From: Octopus sinensis
Lineage: Eukaryota
Direction of reading: 5' to 3'
Assembly (NCBI RefSeq): GCF_006345805.1
Contig: NC_043015.1
Span: 28,954,001 to 29,018,000 of the forward strand
Length of the DNA stretch: 64,000 nt
Made by a program: the position numbers and the translations under genes. Numbering within the stretch: position 1 is the first letter of the stretch; each line of letters opens with the position of its first letter. The notes beneath the pieces were generated by a model. That model had not been told where the DNA came from. It did no database searches and worked only from the letters and a program-made list of their open reading frames with translations. This document shows positions 1-12,200 of this stretch, in pieces.

Positions 1-102
1 GTCAATACCACCATGACCGATATCCAAACTACAGTGGAGAAGGCTAGCCACTGGATTTGGTTAAAAAGAGACAATGAGCGATGGCTAGAAGGGTTAATAT
101 AA
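1..102 (+). mobile_element. C-terminal fragment of a Hero-like (restriction-endonuclease type) non-LTR retrotransposon
   Basis: Reads ...VEKASHWIWLKRDNERWLEG, resembling the AEKASxWxWxxR..W ORF end I recall for such elements. Confidence 0.5.
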
Positions 103-195
103 TAATGAAGATATGCAGCTAAAGTGGCTGGCATTGAATGAGAAAACAAAAGAAAAAAAATTAACAGTAACAAATGAAAGGTGTTTAAAACTCAC

Positions 196-293
196 CTAAA
201 CATGGTATCACAGACGAGAGTATTTGGTTGATAATCTTACTAACCATTGCAACATTATTGCTCACTGCATTCTGGTCTTTCCAGATTAATAGC
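196..293 (-). CDS. ECM29: ECM29 exon (last found in window)
   Basis: [32 protein letters not shown]; donor GTGAGT, so the gene continues to the left. Confidence 0.85.
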
Positions 294-3200
294 CTATTAT
301 GAAAAAACAAAAAAAAACACAATTAACAAACAATAGGCGCAGGAGTGGCTGTGTGGTAAGTAGCTTGCTAACCAACCACATGGCATCTTGGGCAAGTGTC
401 TTCTATTATAGCCTCGGGCTGACCAATGCCTTGTGAGTGGATTTGGTAGAAGGAAACTGAAAGAAGCCTGTCATATATATGTATATATATATATATATGT
501 GTGTGTGTGTTTTGTCCCCCTAGCATTGCTTGACAACCGATGCTGGTGTGTTTACGTCCCCGTCACTTAGCGGTTCAGCAAAAAAGAGACCGATAGAATA
601 AGTACTGGGCTTACAAAGAATAAGTCCCGGGGTCGATTCGCTCGACTAAAGGCGGTGCTCCAGCATGGCCGCAGTCAAATGACTGAAACAAGTAAAAGAG
701 CAAAGAGAGTACAAACTTGAATCAGAAGCATGGAAGTGTTTGGTTAGCTTCAAGTGTAAACCACTGAATAAGAAATGTTCATTTTATGAGGAAAACAATA
801 AAAATCAAACAGACTTTTCTCCCATAACCACACAGTTAAACAACTAAACCCAAAGATCCGTAGCTCACACCAAATATACCCACATTGTGCTCTCTAACAG
901 ACAGTGATTTATTATTATTTGGTATACAGTGTGACTATCTGGCTATGTATTATTTTCCTTCGGTCCCTATTCTGTTTCTGCATGCTGGCAGACTCACCTC
1001 AGAAGTGAAGAAGCTATATGCAAAGTACACTAATGGCTATTTTCTGCAGTGACCTTAAGTTGTGTTCATCTCAGCACAGCGTTTGGAGTTAATGACGTTA
1101 TCAATATCAATGGAAATTGTAGTTGTGATACCAGTGCTGGTGGCACGTAAAAGAACCATCCGATCGTGGCCGTTGCCAGCCTTGCCTGGCACGTAAAAAG
1201 CACCCACTACACTCATGGAGTGGTTGGTGTTAGGAAGGGCATCCAGCTGTAGAAACGCTGTCAGATCAGACTGGGCCTGGTGCAGCCTCCTGGCTTCCCA
1301 GACCCTGGTTGAACCATCCAACCTGTGCTAGCATGGAGAACGGACGTTAAACGATGAAAATGATGATGATGAATACTGGCCATTTTGCGTGTAATGTTTT
1401 TCTTACAGTCAATCTCTTCGTATCAAGAGGCCACAGTGCCAAGTACAATGGATATGTACAAAAACAGACACACTCTCAGACAAACATACATACATACAAA
1501 ATACACACAACACACACAGAGACAAACAAAGGTATCTACAAAAACACACACACAGACACACCTACTCACCACATCAATGTATTAGACTACTCACCTGTCC
1601 AGATATTTCTGTATGGACTTCATTATTGAAATCTGTATCTTCCACACACCTCTCATCAATGACTGACACAGCTGCTCACAAAACAACTCTTGATAGGTGG
1701 CTGATAAGAAAAAGAAAAAAAAGAGAACATTAATAGTTTCGTGGTTTGTCCTGAAGGCAAGGATAATAAATGTTGGGATAGATACAGTGTTTACACTAAG
1801 AGAGAAAATGTGTGTCTGTCAATCCACACATATTGTACGCATTTCCCACTTTGTAGTGGCACTCTGTTTAGCTATGATGATGTGGGTTCCAGTTGATCCA
1901 ATCAACGGAACAGCCTGCTCGCGAAATTAACGTGCAAGTGGCTGAGCACTCCACAGACACGTGTACCCTTAATGTAGTTCTCAAGGAAATTCAATGTGAC
2001 AAGGGCTGGTCCTTTGAAATACAGGTACAACTCATTTTTACCAGCTGAGTGGACTGGAGCAACGTGAAAAATAAAGTGTCTTGCTCAAGGACATAATGTG
2101 CTGCCAAGAATCAAACTCACGACCTTATGACCATGAGCTGAATGCCCGAAATATTAAGCCACATGCCTTCACATGTAGGGATAAATGTGACAAAGGTCAG
2201 AATGTGCCGCCAGGAATCAAAGACATGACATCTATTGTCAGGATAAAGATACAGGATTAGTGTTCCAAGGGGACAGCTAATGTCAAAAGGATGCTATGGT
2301 GGGGGCCATGTTCTTTCTGAGAAATAAAATATTTAAACCAGATTATAATATTTATATTTTAAAGACATTTTCGAAAAATCTTTGCCGGGTTTAAAACACG
2401 GATAGGATTTTGTGTAGACAGCACAAATTCTTATAACAAAGCAAACGTTTGCAAAAAATCATTTGATGAAAGGGGCCACTGAGCTACAAAAGGCTCAGAA
2501 CCACTAACTAAGGGGCTCTAGCATTGGCTCATATTAAGTGCGGGGTGTCTGCGTTGGCTGGGTCATGCCATCTGTCGTCAACCAGGAGAATTCATCTACA
2601 AAGCAATTGCCCCAGCTCCCCTTCAGGGCTGGCGAAAGCGATGTGGTGGACAAAGAAAAACCTGGCTGATGACAGTCAAGGCTGATCTGGAACCCAACCT
2701 AGGCCCCCATATCTACGGCGTTCGCTGCTGGAATAGTGTTTGAGGAGTCAGTATAAAGGTGTTGGTGCCAGGGTAAGAAAAAAAACACCCCAGAGACAAA
2801 AAAAAAAAAAAAAAACGTGTTTGCAACAAGAATGTTGAAGTAGCAATAAAGCAGAGAAGCAAATAAAAATGATTCTTACTTTGTGTCTGAGCATTTTCTG
2901 GCCAAACTTTTCCCAAACATTCAAATACTGCCTGTTGGTATTCCAGTTTGATTCCCAGGCTGGTAACTGAGTTGTCTTCATCTTCATTGGAATCACTTTC
3001 TGACTGAAATGAAAACAAAAGATGAATGCCAGATTTTAGTAACAACGGCTTCTAACATGCCATTGGGAATTTACTCAGATTCAAGGGTCAGGGTTTCACT
3101 TCGTTCAGGGATCTGCAGTGGAAAAGTCATTCTTTGAGGAGCAGACATGGGCAAGGTTTTACTTTATATTTTGTATTTGTGTGTGTGAGAGAGAGTGGAA

Positions 3201-6200
3201 ATGTGTGCAAGTGAGAAAGTGTACAAGTGTGTATATGTGAGAGTGCATGGATATCTGTATGTGCATGTACGTGTGTGTGTGTGTGAATGCATTATAAGAC
3301 GCAAGGCCTTAAGTTTGGAGGAGAATTCTAGTCTGATGAACAAACAATTCTAAGGGTTTGCGGCCTAAATAATAATAATCCTTTTTGCTACAGGCACAAG
3401 GCCTGAAATAAAGGGAAAAATCGATGCTCAACTGGTACTTCTTTTCTTGACCCCAAAAGGATGAAAGGCAAAGCTGACCTTAGTGGAATTTGGACTGGGT
3501 ACATAAAGGGTCAGAAGAAATGCTACTAAGCATTTCGTCCAACATTGCTTATGATTCTGACGCACAGGGCCTTGAGTTTGGGGGAAGAATATCAGCAATA
3601 AAATCAACCCTGGTATTTGACTGGTATCTTGTTTTATTGACTCCGAAAGGATGAAGGATAAAGTTGACTCCAACACGATTTGAACTCACATCATAAAGTG
3701 CTACAACTAAATAATACCACAAGGCACTTTTGACAATCCTCTAAGAATTCTGCTAATCCATCACCATGATGATGATGATGGTGGTGGTAGTGGTGGTGGT
3801 GATGATGGTGGTGGTGGTGATGATGATGATGGTGGTGGTGATGATGATGATGGTGGTGGTGATGATGGTGGTGGTGGTGATGATGGTGGTGATGATGATG
3901 GTGGTGGTGATGATGATGATGGTGGTGGTGGTGGCGATGATGATGGTGGTGATGATGATGATGGAGGAGGAGGTACTGATGATAAGATACTTACTGTATT
4001 AAGAGAGGGTTGTAGTAGCAGCCAAAGGACCTCGAACCTGTCCACTTTGTAGAGTTCAAGGATTGAACCTGCAGTGTGTAGACCCTTTATTCGATATTCT
4101 TTGTTCTCTTTCTTGCATTCTCTCAAGACAACATCGAGCACCTAAACAAATACAGATTGCAAGACAAAATAAATAAATAAATAAAATCAATTATGTATAT
4201 GCATAGATCAACTTTAACCTTGGACATACATCAACTTTAACACAGAAACTGAAAGAAGCCCATTGTGTGTGTTTGCACCCTTGTCTTGACATCAATTGAT
4301 GGCTGTAAATGAGCATCACCATCATACAAGTTATGTTGTTTTGTTTCAAGTGTTCTGTGGAAAACATACCTGGCCACAGGAAATATCACTTTACCTGGAA
4401 ACAGGTGGCAGCAATGGGACAGGCATCTGGTCATAGAAAATCTGCTTCAACAAATCTTATTTGACCCATGCAAGTAACGAAAAGGTATTTTAAGTGATGA
4501 TGATGATGAAATGAATCTATCTTTCCCTTTTAAGATAGAGAGTTGTGATTTGACTGCTTTTTCTAGCAGGTTGGTCAACAACATCAAGATTCCTTTGCTG
4601 ATTGTTCTCTCTTGGGGGATAATAATTAATGTAAGTAATGAAGGCTATAATACAATATCTACCAACCTGGTTGATATCTGGTTTATCTTCAGTTGCTTCT
4701 GTTCTGTCTTCTAATAAAGGTCTGTAGGAAATGGTTTAGAAATAAGCATGAAAATAATGTGAAAAGAGAAAGAAAATGACAAGTAGAAATAAACGCACTA
4801 GCCATATCAATCATAAATTGCAGTTTCAATACAATAAATTGGAAGTTGAGAGGAATTAAAGAGCTGAAACATAAATACCGTAAATACTTGAGTATAATAT
4901 GCAAGGGATTTTTAGGGGGCTGTACCTCTGAAAAACCTAAACCTTGTGTATAATACGCACCTCTTCTCTAACTTGAGTCAAGGAGGTCTTTATAATGTCC
5001 TTGGTTTGTAAAAATGTATACGGTAACGTCCTTTATTATTATTATTATTATTATTGTATATATAACATAATGCAAACGTGTAGCATTTTTGTGCATTTTG
5101 TTAGCAGAAAATAAAGAAATAACAGTAATAACGTTTAATAAATGTTGCTTACTGCAAGTTATGGATGATTCTTTTATGACTTCATTGCTTTCAGGCTTAG
5201 CTTGAAGTATTTTTGCGCCCGACATCACAAAATGCGTCTGAATAAACATTGCCAGACAGCAAATAGAGACTTGGACATTGCTTAGAAAATAATTTTCATT
5301 TTTAACCTTGTATATAGTACGCACTAGGGATTTTGACCTTTAAATTTTGGGAAAAATATGCGGATTATACTCGAGGATTTACGGTACTAGAAAACTACTA
5401 AACAGAATTCTGAAGCCAGTCCCAACACCAAAGTTGATACAGATACAATATATCTACTTTATTATGTCCCCTTCTTTCTACCTCTCCTGTCAAACATTTA
5501 TTTCCCAACCAGTCAGATCAGACTGGAGCCTGGTACAGCCTCCTGGCTTCCCAGAGCCCGGTCGAACCATCCAACCCATGCTAGCACGGAAAACGGACGT
5601 TAAACTATGATGAACTTAGACCAATATCACACAAAGGAAACAAAGACTTCAAAAGTTATTTCAGAGTTGTCTCCCTTGCAGACTGATGTCTACAAGGGAG
5701 ACAACTCTGAAAAAAGTTAGAAATGCATTCCTTGTTCTGCCAAAAGGGTAACCATGAAATGACTTGGTATTTCTAACAACTTTGGCCTAAAGCTAGAATT
5801 ATTTTTCAACAGCAAACGGCAATCAATACAACCTTTCCAGATGTCAAATATGTCCCAAACACATTTGAACTGATCTAAATGTTTTATATTTATTTGTGTC
5901 TGTGTGTGTGTCCTTAGTCAATTTAGCATTTTTGTGTATTTGTGTGTGTATCCAAGTCAATTTAGCAATAAGTCCGATTCTAGTCTGAAAATTGAGTCAC
6001 CTACCCAACTCTATCAGTAGATATTCTGTTGTTAGTCTTGAAATAGCTTCAAAGTAATATCCTCAATTTAACACATACATTACATATACATATAAAAAAA
6101 ATGTATACACACAGACAGACAGAAGGTTGATTCAGTTATATGTACTTCCTGTTCACTACAAATATGAACTGATAAGGAAGACTTAAATGGTAGAAGGAAG

Positions 6201-9200
6201 GAGGAGGGAGAAGAAGAAGAAGAGTGGTAGTGAAAGTCAGATGTCAAATAACATTAAACTTACTTGCAGTTACAGCATATCTTCCCCACAGCTTCGAGTA
6301 AATTTTCCTAAAAGAAAAACAACAGATACTTTCAGAATGAATAATATAGGAACTTGACATGGTGAAATGATCTTCGATGGGAAAGCCAATTATGTGTGTT
6401 TGTGCATGTGCACATGTATCTATATGTATGCTGGTGGCACGTAGCCGTTTGCCAGCCCCGTCTGGCACCTGTGCTGGTGGCTCGTAAAAAGCACCATCCG
6501 CTCGTAGCCGTTTGCCAGCCCCGTCTGGCACCTGTGCTGGTGGCACGTAAAAAGCACCATCCGCTCGTAGCCGTTTGCCAGCCCCGTCTGGCACCTGTGC
6601 TGGTGGCACGTAAAAAGCACCATCCGCTCGTAGCCGTTTGCCAGCCCCGTCTGGCACCTGTGCTGGTGGCTCGTAAAAAGCACCATCCGCTCGTAGCCGT
6701 TTGCCAGCCCCGTCTGGCACCTGTGCTGGTGGCTCGTAAAAAGCACCCACTACACTCATGGAGTGGTTGGCGTTAAGAAGGGCATCCAGCTGTAGAAACA
6801 CTGCCAGATCAGACTGGGCCTGGTGCAGCCTTCTGGCTTCCCAGACCCCAGTCGAACCGTCCAGCCCATGCTAGCATGGAAAGCGGCTGCTAAACGATGA
6901 TGATGTGTGTGTGTCTGTGTGCAAATGTTCATGAATGTGGCTGTTTCACATTTATCTCAGCTTCATTGACACGGTGACGGTGCTGATGTTACTTATTTGG
7001 TATTATGACCAGTTGTTCTGTGCTTTTGAAGACTTCTGGATTAGAAAATCTCTTACATCACAAAACAAAGTAAGTGTTGGTGACAGAAAGAGCATCCGGC
7101 CATGAAATTCTCCCGCCAATAATTCCTTCTCTAACACCAAGCAAACATTAAACTAACTAGCAAATACTTTAGCTCATTACTAGCCCTATGACCTGGAAAT
7201 ACCAGGTCATAGTGCTAGTGCATACATATACAGCTGCGTGCGTGTGCACATACACACGAGTACTGTCCAAATCTCCGACCAGTCACATACAGCTAGCTGG
7301 CATTCAATTGGCATATCAAGTTTAAGGCATTTTGATTGGGTTTTGGATAGAAAATTCACAAAAAAGTCACTTCTATTGATGTTTTAATGGCTTTGCAGGG
7401 TGACTGGGGAAATATAAAGATGTGCACGACCACCCTTGGACGGTTTTGAATGACCATAGAAGGTGCGAGCCCTCTAACTGAAAAATTGTGGATTTGTATA
7501 AAGGACATACACGCAGACAGACATTTTGCCGTTTATATATATAGAGAGCCTCCTACTCATCATCATTTTTTAATGACCACTTTCCGTGAAGAATTTACTG
7601 AGGTAGATTTTCAACAGTTGGCTGTCCTTTCCGCCATCAACTGTCACTTGTTCCAAGCAAGGAAATATTCCCCATGATCAGACAAATTTTCACGGAAGAT
7701 TGGAAACAGAAGGACACTGCTTGCATGATGGTAACATTTGTTTACATGAAGTTAAGGCATGGAGACAGTAACACATGCACACACACACACGTATGTGTGC
7801 ACACGAAGGGTTTCTTTCAGCTATCATCTACTAAATCCGTTCACAAGGCTTTAGTCATCCCAGGGCTACAGTGGAAGGCACCTGCCCAAGGTGTCACACA
7901 GTGAGTCTAAACCCGGAACCACGTGGTTGGGAGGCAAACTTCTTACCACTCAGCTACGCCTGAGCCCAATCTTGAAATATTAATCAAAGAACACTATAAA
8001 TTAATTTAAAATTTGCTAATTTCTTTTTAGATATTCCCTCTCTCTCTCTTTTGGAGAGGCACTGAGCAGCTATACGCACACATACACACACGGCAGTAAC
8101 TTCCACCTACCGAATTCAATCATGAAGCTCCGGTCAGCTCGGGGCTATAGTGGAAGACACCTACCCAAAGTGCCACACAGTGGGACTGAACCCGAAACCA
8201 TGTAGCTAGGAAGCCAGCTCCCTAACCACACAGCCATGCCCGTGCCTATATTTTTTCAATTTTAAAAAGTAAACAAGCAAAAGACATTTTTTTTTTTTTA
8301 AATCCAAAATGACAAGAAATATTCAATGCATAAAATTGTCGGACCTTTCCTTTCCATGTTCTTCCAGATAATCCAGTTAAAAGAGCCTTGAGTAAGATAT
8401 CGCCACTTGGGGAAGTCAATTTAGGTCCCAGTTTGGTAGCTACAGTGCCAATCGCTCTGGCAGCCTGGCCTTTGGTGTTCCACTGTTGAGATTCTAAACT
8501 TAAACAAAGAATCTCAGTGATTTCTTGAAGATATAATCGAATCCCTGGTTCTGTGCCTGAAATAAAGTAAATCATAAGAATATTGAGAAAAATGCAGACA
8601 TAACATCTATTTACATCAGTGCTCTTTCACTACAAAACCATTTTTCTATTATGTTGGTGCCCTGTCAATACAAATCCCCTTTTCTACTAACATTGACACT
8701 CTGTCAATATAAAAAACCCCTTTACATTTTATCAGTGCCCTGCTAATCCAGAACCATTTTCTTAATTAACATCAATGTCTTGTCACTATAAAATCCATTT
8801 CTATTTTACCAGCGTCGCCTTAAAGAGCACTGAGCAAGATCGTTGCCAGAGCGGCTATCTGGCCTCCGTGCCGGCGGCACGTAAAAGACACCATTCGAGC
8901 GTGATCGTTACCAGCATCGCCTTACTGGCACCTGTGCTGGTGGCATGTGTAAAAAGATTCGAGCAAGGTCGTTGCCAGTACCGCCTGACTGGCTCCGTGC
9001 AGGTGGCACGTAAAAACACCCACTACACTCTCGGAGTGGTTGGCGTTAGGAAGGGCATCCAGCTGTAGAAACTCTGCCAGATCAAGATTGAAGCCTGGTG
9101 CAGCCATCTGGTTCGCCAGCCCTCAGTTAAAATCATCCAACCCATGCTAGCATGGAAAGCAGACATTAAACGATGATGATGACCAGTGCCTTATTAATAC

Positions 9201-12200
9201 AAAACTGTTTTTCTCTTTACACTAGTAACCTGTTAATACAAAAGATGTATTTCTTGTCTGTTCACCTCTTTATTTGTTCCAAAAGAAAGTTGACAAATTA
9301 ATTATCTTATCTTCTAAGAAATATGATAGTTTCTCAGATGCCAGAATTGTCTGTTGCAGGCTAAACCCATTCCTTATAAAAATAAAATCACCTGGTGTAC
9401 TCTGTAAGTGGTTGGTAAACTGAATCAAACAGCAACAACGCAGAGTTTGAGGGAGCTTTTTAGTTTTGTCGAGGACAGGGTAACCCTGCAGTGCTGGTGC
9501 CATGAGAAATGCACACAGTATAATCAGTAAAATGGTTAGTGTTAATAAAATTAGTATAATGGTGGATAGTTTAGATGATGAAGAAATTTCTTGCACAATA
9601 TATCTGAACCACTTGTCTAAGAGGAAATTTTGATTTTCTTTTTTTGTATTGAAGTTGTATACAAAAAAAGTGCAACTTGTAAACAAATAAATATGGCATG
9701 TCTTAATATGAAACTATAAAAATTTTACTCAACTTACCGGGAGCTATTTCAAACCAGATTTCATCCCAAATGGATAAACTAGAATCAGAATCTGAAGAAA
9801 GATAACAGGATTTCATTAAAAAGCAATTACAAAACAAAATGAAAATAAAAATTTAAAAAAAAACTGTATCCTGATTGGGTACCTTTATGATAATTGCTGT
9901 AATGTGAGTAAATTGTGATAATAAGTACTATTATGCGGTGCTAAATTGTCCATTCACAAGTGATGTGAATGGACAATACATGTTGAGTGAAAATGTGGTT
10001 CTGCCATCAATGGAAGGTAAACATGGAACAGGAAGACACAGAAAGAAATAGTGAGGTGAAGAGCATATAGCTATATAAACCATGCTGTAACAGACCTTAC
10101 CAGTGCTGGTGCCACATAAAAAGCACCCAGGCCACTCTGTAAAGTGGTAGGCATTAAGAAGGACATCCAGCTATAAAAACCATGCCAAAACAGACAGTGA
10201 AGCCTGGTGCAGTCTTCTGGCTAGCCAGCTTCTGTCAAACTGTCCGATTCATGCCAGAATGGAAAACGGATGCTAAGTGATGATGATGTCTCAGCATGCT
10301 GGGCTCCTCAGAAAAAAGGTGATAAAACACTGAGATGATTGGCAAAAGGCTGTATGAAGGATCCATCCAACCCGGCTAACACTGAAAATCAGATATAAAA
10401 CTTGATATTTTCAGATGGTCCACATCTAACAATAGTTTTTCTTTCACTATTTACTGATCTTATTTCCAGCAAAGTTTGTAAGGCACTCATTTTCAAAATA
10501 GTTAAGGTCTATATAAAATTCATTCATTCATATTCACCAGGGTACAGACCTTTCGAGCTGAAGGAAGAACCCCTCTCTCAAATCCTCCCAGCACTATCTA
10601 TTTGGTTGCTAGTTTTTATTTGAAGAACTATGTTTTACATGCTATGCTTGGCCTGCAGTTTGGTATACAAGGCATACAACATCATACAATTCAGCCAATC
10701 GGCCACCTTTTATTGATAATTTTATTTTTTAACGACCCCGCCCAAAAGGATGAAAAGTAAAGTTGACATCAGCAGGATTTGAACTCAGGAGTGCAAAGAA
10801 TCAGAACCAATCCCATGAGGCATTCACTCAAACAATCTAATGACCCTGCCAATTCACTGTCATTTTCATTAAATCCTTTTTTTTCAAATAGGTTTTTAAG
10901 TTTTTTAAAAATGAGCTGATATTTGGAACAGTGTTGATGGAATGATGTTGATTTTAAATACAATGCTGGGGTAGTCTTTATGCTTGTTCCACCTCCACTT
11001 GACAACCAGTGATGGTTTGTTTACATTATCATAACTTAGCAGTTCAGCAAAAGAGGTTGATGAAATAAGTGCCAAACTTTAAAAAATCAGTATTGGGGTC
11101 GATCTGTGTAGCCCTTGAAGGCAGTGACCCAGCATGGCCGTAGTCCAATAACAGAAAGAAGTAAGAGATAAAGATTAGTACAATTTTTCATGATGTAATT
11201 ATTTTGAATAATCATTGCTTAATAAATTAAACGGCTATACCACACGCTACTTACCACATGGTTCCGGGTTCAGTCCCACTGTGTGGCACCTTGAGCAAGT
11301 GTCTTCTACTATAGCCTTGGGCTGACCAAAGCCTTGTGAGTGGATTTGGTAGACGGAAACTGAAAGAAGCCCGTCATATATATTTATATATATGTATGTG
11401 CAGGTATGTTTGTGTGTCTGTGTTTGTCCCCCTGGCATCGCTTGACAACCGATGCTGGTGTGTTTACGTCCCCGTCACTTAGCGGTTCGGCAAAAGAGAC
11501 CGATAGAATAAGTATTGGGCTTACAAAAGAATAAGTCCCAGGGTCGAGTTGCTCGATTAAAGGCGGTGCTCCAGCATGGCCGCAGTCAAATGACTGAAAC
11601 AAGTAAAAGAGTAAAGAGTAAAGAGTATTTACCTTTGGTAGTGTTTTTTGGTTCATGCATAGCGAAGAATACAAACGGCATCACCAAAGCAGCATGTCTT
11701 TTAAGAATATCCGGGCTACGTTGACTGATAGCATACAGGGTGGCCCCACAAGCAGTTTGGGCAGATTCATCTGAAGTAACACAAGTTTCAACATTAACAA
11801 ATGATTATAATATTAAAACAGCAATTTGCTTTCATTACATGTTTACATTAGTTTCGTTTTATAATGGGAAACATTTAACATTACGGAATAACAAACAAAG
11901 CTAAGGAAATATTTCCATATTTGAAAATCTTGTAAGGACAATTGTATATTTTTTTTATTGCCCACAAAGGGGCTAAACATAGAGGGTAGAAAAAAAGGGA
12001 TTAAGTCGATTACATCGACCCCAGTACGTAACTGGTACTTTATTTATCAACCCCGAAAGGATGAAAGGCAAAGTCGACCTCGGCGGAATTTGAACTCAGA
12101 ATGTAACGGCAGACGAAATACGGCTATGCATTTCGCCCGGCGTGCTAACGATTCTGCCAGCTCGCCGCCATTAGTCATTAATTAATCACTTTCAGTTTAG

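Noticed and set aside
6244-6801. ORFs with 21-aa repeats; superficially CRISPR-like array
   Set aside because: A 63-bp minisatellite inside a retroposon, with no unique spacers and no cas genes, in a eukaryotic intron.
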